The position numbers were made by a program, and so were the translations under genes. DNA of 60,111 nucleotides, counting the filler. It is 6 parts of 6 records of this genome, joined end to end, with 100 filler letters (N's around TTAATTAATTAA, not from the genome) between each part and the next. Parts side by side here need not be neighbours in the genome. Positions count along the whole stretch, not along the records: positions 41,426 to 47,866 come from DRR723986_5466; positions 47,967 to 54,785 come from DRR723986_5477; 4 more parts are not named here. One strand, given 5' to 3'. Positions 41,853 through 51,952 of the stretch are shown here, one piece after another. Position 1 is the stretch's first letter; the number at the start of each line of letters is the position of its first letter. Under the pieces are notes generated by a model that was not told the origin of the DNA, ran no database searches, and was given only the letters and a program-made list of their open reading frames with translations.

Positions 41853-44800
41853 TCACTGCACTCCATAGAAAATGCGGTAGTCTTGGTGCACGAACGTGCT
41901 GCAGTGGCTCTCGGACGCCCCGCAGTACCCAAACTGCGAGCAGCACGGGTCGGCGCCCAAAGGATCGCACTGGCCCTCCGTGCCAAACACGTTTGCGTGC
42001 GTGGGCCCGCACAGGCTCGAGTCAAACCCGACCAGGCCGTCCAGGCCCCCGCAGTAGGTCAGGTCGAACAAGCCCCCGGGCGCGCACAGCACCGGCGAGT
42101 TCGCTGGGTCGTCTGCCGGGTTGATGCCCGGGTGGCCGTAGAACGCGCGGTAGTCCACCGCCGCGGGCCACGCGCAGTAAGGGCCGCCTCCGCAGTACCC
42201 GAGCGTGGTGCAACATGGGTACGCTCCAGCCGGGTCGCACTGCCCTGGCGTCCCGAGGGAGTTCGGGAAATTGGAACCGCACCTCCGCAAACCCCACAAC
42301 GGCTGGCCGTCGTTGAACGAGCACCGGCTCGAGTACCAACCGAGCTCCCCGCACTCGACGTCCGTGCGCGGCAGTGCGGACAAGGTCGGCGTCGAGGACA
42401 CCGTGGGCGACGGCGAGGGCGACCGCGTCCGCGTGGTGGAAGGTGACCGTGTCCGCGTGGTGGAAGGTGATCGTGTCGGCGTGGTGGACGGCGACCGTGT
42501 CGGAGTGGTGGACGGCGACGGCGACGGCGTGTTGGACAGAGGGGCGTAAAAGACGCGGTAGTCCATGTACAGCTGGGACTCGCAGTACAGGGCCGTCCCA
42601 CCGCAGTACCCGCTGAGCGAACAGCACGGGTGCGCGCTGAGCGGGTTGCACTGTGCCTCGGTGCCGACCAGGTTGACGAAGCCCGGTCCGCAGCGCTGCT
42701 CGCCACCGAACGCCTCCATGTTCGCCCACATGCAGCGGGGCAAGAAGGTCCCAGCGCGCTCGCACAGGCCGGGCACCGTGGCGCTGCCGTCGAGCAGCAC
42801 CCAGAACAGCGGTCCAACGCTCGCCAGCGCGCACTGCCCCGACGACGCGGAGCCAGGGACCACCTCGCCAAAGAACGGGGCGAAGCCGGGGGCGCCCTGG
42901 TTGCCCAGGTGGTCCGTGGTTTGGACGGCGACCCCGACGCCCACCCCGGGCTCGTAGCCGAACTCGCGCGGGCGCAGCTGCACAGCAAACGTCCCCGGAG
43001 ACTCGGCGCTGGGCGCCGCCGGGACCCACACCGCGCCCGTCGCATTCAGCCGCACCGCGCCGCCGGGCGCGCTCTCCAGCACGGCCGCGCTGTTGGCGGC
43101 GGTCTGCACCAGGAACGCCACCGCAGTGCGGGCCGCCGGGACCGGGGAGCCGTCCTCGTCCACGAGGGACACCGCGAGGTCGAGCGAGTTGTGGCCGGAG
43201 ACGCCCCCCCAGCCCGTCAAGAACCGGTAGCGCGACCGCAGGAGGCGCTCGAGGTACAGGACGTTGGCCGCAGACACCAGCGACAGCGGGTCGTCCCCGT
43301 CGCGGAGGGACGGGTCGAGCTGCGCGCGCTGGGCCTCGGTGAGGTTCTCGCGCGCGACCGGCGCGCTGCCGGTGTACAGGTCGAGCGCGAACGCCACGTC
43401 CGCAACGTCAAAGTGGCAGTCGCCGTTGGCGTCTCCCAGCACGCTGCCGTCGCACGCCGCCGCTGGTGCCGCGCCAGCGGCGGGGGCAGTGGCGGTGGGG
43501 GAGGGCAGCGGGTCGTCTTGGTAGAAGCTCCGGTAGTCCACGTCCACGAAAGGGCCACAGTGCGCCACGCTCCCGCCGCAGTACCCGTGCACGGAGCAGC
43601 ACGGCTCGGGACCGCTCGGATCGCACTGTCCCGCGCCGCCGTGGGCGTTCGGATAGTTTGGCCCGCAGCGCTGCTCCTCGCCCACCCGCAACAACCCTTG
43701 CCCCCACACGCAGTCCTCCTTGGTGAAGTTGCCCTGTTGCTGGCACGCCGGGTCGTCGGCGAGCACAGAGGGCGACGGTAGCGGCTGTGGTTGTTGTTGT
43801 TGGAACCCGTAGTAGTCCCGGTAGTCCGTCTCCACCATCAGCGAGCAGTGCTCGAACGTACCCCCGCAGACACCGACAGTGGAACAGCACGGTTGCGGTC
43901 CCCACGGGTCGCACTGCCCGGGAAGGTCGAGCTCGTTCCGGAACTGGGCGCCGCAGTACAGCGGGTCGGTGCCGCCCGCCGTCGACCCTGTCCACAGGCA
44001 CCGCGACGAAAACGCCCCGCCCCGCTCGCACGCCCCCCACCCCTCGGACGCGGTCAGGGTCGGCGACGGCGACGGCGACGACGACAACGACAGCCACGGC
44101 GACGCGGCGGGATCAGCAGGGGCGGTAGAGGCAGCAGCAGACGGGCTGGTGGTCGCGCTCGTGGACGGGGAGGCGGTGTTGCGGTTGTAGTACGCGCGGT
44201 AGTCCACCATGACGTACTGGCTGCAAAACGTCTCCCCCGAGCCGCAGTACCCCAGGGTGGAACAGCAGTAGACGTCCGAGTCGGGGTCGCACTGCCCCGG
44301 CAACCCGCGGGCGTTCGAAAAGACCGAGCCGCACCGCTGCACGTTTCCCGCGGCCGCGCTCACGGGGTGCAGGCACGCCGCGCGGGTGAACGTGCCCCCG
44401 GGATCGCACAGCCCGGGCCTCGAAGGGGACGGGCTGGGGGCGGCGGTTGCGGACGCGGGGACCAACGGCGACGGCGACGGCGACCAAGAGGAGGAAGGTG
44501 GTGACGACCCGCCGCTGGGGGACGTTGACGCAAGCCACGAGGGCGGTGGTGTTTGGGAAGCCGAATCGGTCGTGCTCGCGCTGTCAATTGCCGTTGTTGC
44601 TGCTGCTGCTGCTGCTGCTGTCGTCGTCGTCGTCGTTGTTGGAAGCGCAGAGGGCGAGGCGCTCGCCGCGTAGTACAGCGAGTAGTCGACGTCCAAGTAG
44701 TCCACGCAGTGCGCCTGGGTGGAGCCGCAGTAGCCGTACACCGAGCAGCACGGGTCGTCCGCAGGGTCGCACTGCCCCACGGCGCCGTACGCGTTCGGGA

Positions 44801-47800
44801 ATCCAGGCCCGCAGCGCTTCTCCACAGAGCCGAGGCACGCGCTCGTGAACGCGCCTCCCGGGCTGCACTCGCCCCCGTCCCCGCCTTCTTGCTGTTTGCC
44901 CCGCGACGGCCCGGCGATGCGTGCGGCCAGGGTCTCTCTCCCCGCCTCCGCCTCTGCGCCCGCCGCCACCGCCACCTCCGCCTCCGGCCTGCGCAGCTTC
45001 TGCTCGACGGCTTGCCCGTCGCGCACCAGCACCGTCCCGGCACCCGCGGCGATCGTGCACAGCGCGCCGACGTTGCAGCCCGACTCGTTCCCGCTGGCGT
45101 CTTGGAACCGGTAGACGCTGCCCGAGACCACCGCCACCCCCGTCCCCGTCGCCGGGGCCACCCCTGCCCCCACCACGGAGACGCGCGCGACCTGGACCGC
45201 GCCCGCCCGCACCGGCTGCGAGGAGTGGCCGCGCACCCGCACGGTGCCGTTGCCCACGGAGCACGCGAAGTTGCCGTCCCAAGCCGGGTGCACCGCGCAG
45301 GCGGTCGGCGCCAACGGGCCCTGGAGGCGCAGCTCCACGTCGAACAGGCGCAGGGGGGCCGCCGCGGACGCCACGCGCACTTCCACGACCGCGGGCTCGC
45401 CCACGACCAGGGTCCCAAACTGCGGGCCGTCCTCCGCGCCCAAGTCCACGTCGCCGTCCACCGCGGGGTCGATGTTCACAAAGAACGGTGGCGCCTCGAA
45501 CACGGCGGGGGCGGGGGCGGGGGAGGGGGAGGGGGCGGGCTCGCTGCACTCTGGCAGCGTCGCGGAAACGACGGCCCCGCCCTGGTCGGCGTCTGTCCCG
45601 CCCGTGTTGGCGACGGCCACGAGCACGCCATCCTGCGCGACGAGCACGGCGGGGCTGGAGCTGGAGAAGGCGAGCAGCTGCAGCGCCGGGTGCTGGTACT
45701 CGACCATCCCGCGCACCACCAGGCCGTCGCCGAGGCGCATCGACACTTGCAGGGGCACGCGCGTCCCCGCCGCAGCGCGCAGCGCGCCGCCGCTCGCGAG
45801 GTCCACCCCGACCTCCAGGCCGACGATGGCCACTTGCTCGTCCACCGCAAACACCTTGGCCGAGGCGGTGAGCCCCGCGAACGAGCACTGCACCCACGCG
45901 GAGCCCCCGCCAACGCCCCCACGCCACTCGAGCAAGTGCCGCCCGTTCACCGCGCGCACGGCGAGGCTGCCCTTCGACCCCGCGCTCGGCTCGCAGGCGG
46001 CGGCTGTATCGCCAAGGACAAGGCGCGTGCCGTCTGTGAGCACCAGCACGGGAAGCGCCCGGGCGAGCTGGAACACGGTCGAGCAGTGCAGGCGCCGCAG
46101 CGCGTCCACCGCCGGCGGCGTGCCGCCATCGTCGTCCCCCCCGACGACCCCCACGTCCCCGACGATCTCCACGACCAGCTCGCGGGTGGCCTGCACGTGC
46201 ACCACCAGCGGCTGCACCAGCGAGCCTTGCGTGTGCAGCACGGTGGCGAACAGCACGGCGTCGCTGTTGGTCGGCCCCCTCGGGTCCAGCGTCACGTGAG
46301 TTTCGCCGTCCTCCGCGACCGTCACGACCCCCACCGCGCCAACCACGCGAAGCGAGAACCCACCGAGCCTGCCCGGCCGCTCGAACGACCGGGACTCGTC
46401 CGCGAAGGTCAGCGCGAGGCTCACCGCCGCCCGCGTGGGGAGGCTCAGGGGGGCAAGGGAGGCAGGGTCCGTCGACTTGACCAGGACGGGCGAGTCCAGC
46501 GCGACCGCCATCGACGACGGCACTTCGGCCCGCACGTTCACGAGCCCCGCGCCGACTCTGGAGAGGCCGCAGGCGTCCAGGCTGGCCAAGACCGCGTTCT
46601 CGCACGCGCCGTCGGCCCCGCCCAACCACGTTGCGCGCCAGCCTGCTCCCTCGCGCGACACCTCGAGGCCCGGGCTCAGCGAGTGCAGCCGGACGCCCTC
46701 CCACTCGCCCGCGTCCGCGCGGGTGCCGTCCTGGAACACGGCGTGCACCGCGACGAAGCCCGCGTCCAACGGGAACCGGAAAACCTGGTCGAACGAGGCC
46801 TGCACGCGCACCGCGTCCAGGAAGGCGTCGGCCCGGGAGGGGTTCTCCTCCAAAGCGACGGTCCAGGCCACGTCCGTGAAGACCTCCGGCTGCAGGAAGA
46901 ACGGTGCCACGGAGTCCAGCACCGTCACCGTCGCGAGGGCGCCAGCGAACGGGCCCCCCGCAGCCGGTCCGTCGAGCACGAGGTCTTCGGTCCCGCTGCC
47001 GTTGCCCACCGCGCGCAGCACGCTGCCACGGGGCCCGGCCACGGGCTCCAGGGAGACGACGCTCGAGGTGTTGGAGCGCGTGCGCAGGGTCACGGCGCTC
47101 GTCACGTCCACGTCCACCCCCTCCAGGCCGAGCCCGGTCACCCGCGCGACCGCGAACACCGCGGTGTGCTGGTACTCGGGGAGCGAGGCACACGGCGCGT
47201 GGGGCACGACCCGCCGTAGCACCGGTCGCTCCACCACCAGGCTCACGGAGGTCGGGCAGCGAACGCGGAACACGACGGTGGTCTCCGCGCCGGCGAACTC
47301 CACGCGCACGGTCACGTTCGCGGCGCCCTGCGTGTGGTCCGTCCCCAGCACCAGCTCGCAAGGGCTGGCCAGCCGCGCAACGCCCGCGAGGCGTGCAGCG
47401 TCGACGAGCGAGCACGCGGCCAGCCGCGTCACCTCCACGTCTTCGCACCCGCGGCAGTCCAGGCTGGCCCACACGCGGACCGGCTCGCGCACCTCGCGGC
47501 CGGTCAACGGGGCAGTGTTGACCAGGTCGCGGTGCTCTGCCGTCGCGGCGAGCGCGACCACGCTCGGGTGGCGCGCTTCCAGCACCCCGGGCGCTGCCAC
47601 GAACCCGCGGCGGTCGCTCGCGCGGGTCGCCACCAGCCCCGGCACGTTCGTCCCGCACGCCTCCACGGCGTCCCGGAGCACGACCAGGATCGGTTCCACG
47701 TCCCCTGCCTCGACGGCGCTCCTGAGGCGCAGCTGCAAGGTCAGCACCGTGGTGGCGTTCCCGAACAGCGGCCACGCCTCGTCCAGCGTCGACACGAGCG

Positions 47801-47866
47801 CCGACAGCGTGGTCGGGTCCGGCGGCGCTGGCGACGCCGCGACGTGGACTGCGGGCGCGGGCAACC
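41853..47866 (-). CDS. giant eukaryote-type extracellular protein (5'-truncated): TMEM132-like region, cohesin-like and dockerin-like modules, seven hevein/CBM18-like repeats, Ser/Thr/Pro linkers
   Basis: >2000-aa uninterrupted frame; LVNTAPLTG...EYQH...VDVT (TMEM132-like); GDANGDCHFDVAD (dockerin Ca loop); 7 copies of CG...QC[DN]P...CC[ST]xxGxCG...C...DY. Confidence 0.85.
42405..42530 (-). repeat. 24-bp coding tandem repeat in a mucin-like linker (SPSTT[PR]TR)n
   Basis: TPSPSPSTTPTRSPSTTPTRSPSTTRTRSPSTTRTRSPSPSPT. Confidence 0.85.
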
Positions 47867-48093
47867 NNNNNNNNNNNNNNNNNNNNNNNNNNNNNNNNNN
47901 NNNNNNNNNNTTAATTAATTAANNNNNNNNNNNNNNNNNNNNNNNNNNNNNNNNNNNNNNNNNNNNCTGCAGCCCGGGACGGTTTTTTAAGATGTCGCGT
48001 TTATCGAGGTTGGGTGGTTTTGTCTATGGGGGGAGGTGTTGGCGATTTGGTTGAGTAGGCTCTTAGGGAATGTGAGTTTGGTGACTGTCAGTC

Positions 48094-48345
48094 TCAGCGG
48101 TTGGCGTGTTTAGGAAGGCCGATCCTGATGCCAGGGCGGTCGTCGGGTGAGCCTATGAATTCTATGCCGGCGGTTTCGAGGGCGGTTTTGACGGCTGCCA
48201 GATTGGCAGCCGTACTATTTGGCACGCTCTGCTCAACTTCCATTCGTTTTATGGTTCGAACGCTTACCTGTGATTTGCATGATAGATCGTCAACACTCCA
48301 GCGCAGCGCAGTCCGTGCAGAGCGTATTTGGGTTCCGGTTATCAT
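48094..48345 (-). CDS. XRE-family HTH regulator
   Basis: MITGTQIRSARTALRWSVDDL...SVRTIKRME...ALETAGIEFI. Confidence 0.85.
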   Translation of the reverse strand: MITGTQIRSARTALRWSVDDLSCKSQVSVRTIKRMEVEQSVPNSTAANLAAVKTALETAGIEFIGSPDDRPGIRIGLPKHANR

Positions 48346-48372
48346 TGACACAACTTTATAATGGCTCCATAA

Positions 48373-48386
48373 GTGCCATATGGCAC
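48373..48386. promoter_or_regulatory. 14-bp palindrome (putative XRE operator) over the recombinase start
   Basis: GTGCCATATGGCAC; TTGACA at 48345-48350. Confidence 0.55.
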
Positions 48387-49360
48387 AAGGCTTGAATTTA
48401 GCAAACTGGCGACACGCATTCCAGCGCCTCGAGGGCGCTTACTCGCCTGCAACTATGCGGAGCTATTACTCGGATGTCGAGGCTTTCGAGGCTTGGTGCG
48501 TTGCGCGCGACATCGTGACCTTCCCAGCATCTGTGTCTACCGTGTGCGAATTTTTAGAGGACCAAGGACAAACAAAGGCGCCGTCGACAGTGCGACGGCG
48601 CCTTTATGCAATCCGAAAAGTCCACAGGCTATTGCGCTTGCCGGACCCGACCTTTGATGAAGATATTAACTTGGTGTTTCGACGTGTGCGTCGGCGTCGC
48701 GCGGCGCGGCCCCAGCAAGCGAAAGGTTTAAATGCTCCTCATTTGAAGCGATTTTTGGCGGTACAGCCCGAAAGCCTTCTGGGCCTTCGAAACCGCGCAC
48801 TGTTGTCTCTAGGCTATGAGCTGCTGACCCGGCGCTCTGAATTGGTGGCGCTCAAGGATGATGATCTCGTGTTGCGTGAGGATGGCACGCTACGAGTGCT
48901 GATCCGGCGCAGCAAAGCAGATCAGGCAGGTGTCGGGCGGATTGCGTTTACGTCGAAGAAGACTGCAGACCTCGTTTTGGAATGGCAGAAGGCACGTGGG
49001 GCGCAGACAGACTGGCTTTTTTGCCCGGTTTACCAAGGCAGGGCCGTGGATCGGTGTCTGGAAAGCAATTCAGTAAAGCGAGTTATCAAAGAGTCAGCGG
49101 AAAAAGCGGGTTTTGAAAAAGACGATGTCGGCCGTTTTAGTGGTCACTCGATGCGTGTGGGGGCGGCGCAGGATCTATTGGTGCGTGGTGTTGATACTGT
49201 TGGGATTATGCGTGCGGGTGGGTGGAAGTCGCTAAGCGTCCTCGCGCGATACTTGGAGTTGGCTGAGCACAATGTTTGGCAAGAGGAAGAGGCGTTATGT
49301 GTAGACGGTGGAGGGGATGGGTCTGGCAACGAACCCTCTCTACCCTCTAAGTTATTGTAA
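48380..49360 (+). CDS. tyrosine recombinase/integrase (Cre-like)
   Basis: SAM-like N-terminus; LTRRSEL (R), RRSKAD (K), GHSMRVG (HxxR), AGGWKS (W), LARY (Y). Confidence 0.9.
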   Translation: MAQGLNLANWRHAFQRLEGAYSPATMRSYYSDVEAFEAWCVARDIVTFPASVSTVCEFLEDQGQTKAPSTVRRRLYAIRKVHRLLRLPDPTFDEDINLVFRRVRRRRAARPQQAKGLNAPHLKRFLAVQPESLLGLRNRALLSLGYELLTRRSELVALKDDDLVLREDGTLRVLIRRSKADQAGVGRIAFTSKKTADLVLEWQKARGAQTDWLFCPVYQGRAVDRCLESNSVKRVIKESAEKAGFEKDDVGRFSGHSMRVGAAQDLLVRGVDTVGIMRAGGWKSLSVLARYLELAEHNVWQEEEALCVDGGGDGSGNEPSLPSKLL

Positions 49361-49427
49361 TCATTAAGATCGACGTGAGTTCGAAAGTCATTCGGCTCAC
49401 GCGGGTCTGGCGGCGAACCACTATTGA

Positions 49428-49744
49428 CTACAACGACCCAAAGTCATCCTGGAAGCGGCTGAGCTGGTGCATGCGCTCATGAAGGACGGTGACAATGCCA
49501 ATATCGCCATTCGAAAGATGGCGCCAATAAACGAATGGCGTTCGTACCGAAAGAAAAAACCGTTCACGCCAAACGCTGCTGGTATGGGCTTCGAGACGAC
49601 CCCATGAGTTGCAATCCGATCAAACGCCGCGAAAAGGCCGGTGACATATTGCGCAGCTTGTTCCTCACCCCACTTATCAAGGGTGTATCGGTAAATTTCA
49701 TCTAGACGATGTGAAGCCCCTGCCTGAATTCGGATTTCAGGCAT
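49428..49744 (-). pseudogene. parE: ParE/RelE-family toxin with a 1-nt deletion frameshift near 49534
   Basis: N-terminus ASHRLDEIYRYTLDKWGEEQAAQY...FRYERH; the adjacent frame continues VYWRHLSNGDIGIVTVLHERMHQ to a stop at 49428. Confidence 0.8.
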
Positions 49745-49748
49745 CAGG

Positions 49749-50003
49749 TTATACCCGGTTCCGCGCGATAACCTCAGCCGCCGTCAGCGGCTTGTAGGTC
49801 TCCTCAGGCGCAGCAAAGGCATGGGTCAATTCAGCCTTGAGCCGTTCGAACGCCTCGGCCTCAACCCGTTCTTTGTCACGCCGGATCAAGTCGCGTATGT
49901 ACTCGCTGACATTCTCATAGGAGCCCTCATCGCCGACGTTGGCTGAGACAAAGTCGCTCAAGGCTCCAACGACGCGGACTGTCATTGTAGTCGTTCGGGA
50001 CAT
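49749..50003 (-). CDS. ParD-like RHH antitoxin
   Basis: MSRTTTMTVR...GSYENVSEYIRDLIRRDKE; GAGGAG RBS; directly upstream of parE. Confidence 0.88.
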   Translation of the reverse strand: MSRTTTMTVRVVGALSDFVSANVGDEGSYENVSEYIRDLIRRDKERVEAEAFERLKAELTHAFAAPEETYKPLTAAEVIARNRV

Positions 50004-50066
50004 CACTCTTCTCCTCGTCACTAAGCCGTGTTCACTACAACCAAAATTGCACACATATCAAGCATG

Positions 50067-50290
50067 TCACGCTTTCGGCGACACTTCCTTCATCGCAGCC
50101 TGCAGGAGAAGCGCCACGTTCTCAGCGGTGCACTTGTAGCCCTGTCCGTCCGGGGTGCGCGTGGCGGAGATGGGGTACTTGGATCGGCGTGGGTCGATGC
50201 CAGCGACCCCGAAACCGCTCGCGCCCTGTCGAGAACTCATGCCCGAAGTCACCTGGCGACAGCCCGAACTCTTCGGCAAGCGCTCGTTTG
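50067..50290 (-). pseudogene. 5'-truncated, frameshifted hypothetical gene remnant
   Basis: Two frames join at a G run to give ALAEEFGLSPGDFGHEFSTGRERFR/VAGIDPRRSKYPISATRTPDGQGYKCTAENVALLLQAAM. Confidence 0.5.
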
Positions 50291-50345
50291 CCTGGCCATC
50301 ATTGGTAGTCATTGACTACACAGTCGCCACGGGCTACATAAAGCC

Positions 50346-50600
50346 ATGAAAGAAATCGTCTACTCGAAAACTGCCCAGAAGGCGCTTGTGCGAATGCCTC
50401 GGAACTGGGCCATTCGAATTCGCGATAAGATAATTGCCTATGCCGCCGACCCAGCTTCGCAAGCGAACAATGTCAAAGCGCTGCAGGGCATGGATGGGAT
50501 GCTTCGGTTGCGGGTGGGAGATTGGCGGATTGTGATGTGCGACGGCGTTGTGCTTGAGATCCTGGACATTAAAGCGCGCGGAAGTGCTTACAAGGAGTGA
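50346..50600 (+). CDS. RelE/ParE-family toxin
   Basis: IVYSKTAQKAL...NVKALQG...RLRVGDWRIV...RGSAY; TTGACT-17-TACATA ends 5 nt before the ATG (probably leaderless). Confidence 0.88.
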   Translation: MKEIVYSKTAQKALVRMPRNWAIRIRDKIIAYAADPASQANNVKALQGMDGMLRLRVGDWRIVMCDGVVLEILDIKARGSAYKE

Positions 50601-50962
50601 GTGAAATGAATGAAATGGTGACCATCCCCAAAGACGAATACCTCCGCCTTAAGGCGATCGAGGAGGACATGGCTGATCTGAATAGTGCAGCCGACGTCTT
50701 GGCTCGTATCAAAGCTGGTACTGAGGAGCTGATCCCCTCTGCTGTTGTCGACCGTTTGCTGGCCGGTCATGCGCCTTTGACCGTCTGGCGCGAGTACCGC
50801 GGGCTGTCTCAAGCAGAATTGTCGCGCCAGTCAGGCGTGAACCGTATCCAGATCATCGACATCGAAGCGGGTCGCAAAACCGGGTCCGCCGCGACGCTCA
50901 AGAAACTGGCCACTGCACTGCAGTTAGACATGGACGACCTTTTCGATGCCCAAGACCAGTGA
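50597..50962 (+). CDS. XRE-HTH antitoxin (toxin-first, HigBA-like order)
   Basis: VTIPKDEYLRL; PLTVWREYRGLSQAELS...IEAGRKTGS; GTGA overlap with the toxin. Confidence 0.88.
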   Translation: MSEMNEMVTIPKDEYLRLKAIEEDMADLNSAADVLARIKAGTEELIPSAVVDRLLAGHAPLTVWREYRGLSQAELSRQSGVNRIQIIDIEAGRKTGSAATLKKLATALQLDMDDLFDAQDQ

Positions 50963-51182
50963 CGCGCCAAGCAAGCGGACATCCAGGCCGCGATCTCTGG
51001 AAGATAAGCTTGAAGTGCTCAAGCCGGAACGCCGAGCGGCTATTGAAACTGAGGCACATCGGCTGCATGTCGACTATCGTCTTCAAGTTCAATCAATTGA
51101 TACCAAGCGATAACTTCGCGTTTCGCCCAGAGCTGGTTTCATGTAGAGACGTGGTAATCCTTCTATTGTTGAGACCGCGCCT

Positions 51183-51941
51183 TTGAAAATTTCCGTCATT
51201 ACTGCTGTTTACAATTCAGAAGCGACCGTCGGCGAGGCAATCGCCAGCGTCGCCGCACAAACATATCCTGACGTCGAGCATTTGGTCGTCGAGGGAAAAT
51301 CAAAGGATGGCTCGCTGACCGCCATTGAGCGTGCTGGCCATGATCGGATGCGGTTGATTAGCGAGCCAGACGACGGGATCTACGACGCCCTGAACAAGGG
51401 CGTTCGGAACGTCACTGGTGACGTGGTCGGCTTCATCCACAGCGATGACTTTCTCGCCCATGACGGGGTGCTGGCACGAATTGCAGCTGCGTTCTCAGAT
51501 CCTGCGGTAGAGGCGGTGTTCAGCGATCTGGTCTATGTATCCCAAGCTGACACGTCGCGGGTTATTCGGCACTGGTCGACCGGTGCGTTTCATCCGCGGC
51601 GCTTGAAGTACGGCTGGATGCCAGCGCATCCAACGCTTTACCTGCGGCGCGAGGTCTACGAGCGCTTCGGAACCTATGACAAGAACATGCGCATCGCGGC
51701 CGATTACGATTTCATCCTGCGGTATTTCTCGCAGGCGACGGGCAAGTCGGTCTATATCCCCGAGGTGCTCTACAAAATGCGGGTTGGTGGTGTCAGCAAC
51801 CGCAACTGGGCCAAGATCCGCCAGAAGATGGAAGAAGACATGCTGGCCATTCGTCGCAATCGCGTGGGCGGTCTTCACACGCTGGCGTTCAAAAACCTAT
51901 CGAAGGTTGGCCAGTTTCTGGTGCGCCCGCAGCGCAGCTGA
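51183..51941 (+). CDS. GT2 glycosyltransferase (WcaE-like)
   Basis: KISVITAVYN, SEPDDGIYDALNKG, HSDD, PAHP, AADYD; TTG start. Confidence 0.9.
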   Translation: MKISVITAVYNSEATVGEAIASVAAQTYPDVEHLVVEGKSKDGSLTAIERAGHDRMRLISEPDDGIYDALNKGVRNVTGDVVGFIHSDDFLAHDGVLARIAAAFSDPAVEAVFSDLVYVSQADTSRVIRHWSTGAFHPRRLKYGWMPAHPTLYLRREVYERFGTYDKNMRIAADYDFILRYFSQATGKSVYIPEVLYKMRVGGVSNRNWAKIRQKMEEDMLAIRRNRVGGLHTLAFKNLSKVGQFLVRPQRS

Positions 51942-51952
51942 TCGCTGTCGCG

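Noticed and set aside
42405-42530. Short direct repeats (also 28966-29013) as a possible CRISPR array
   Set aside because: In-frame coding tandem repeats without unique spacers; no cas genes in the window.
44553-47775. 888-aa (+) and 1063-aa (-) Arg/Gly-rich ORFs
   Set aside because: Alternate-frame artefacts of very high GC overlapping the real 2003-aa frame.
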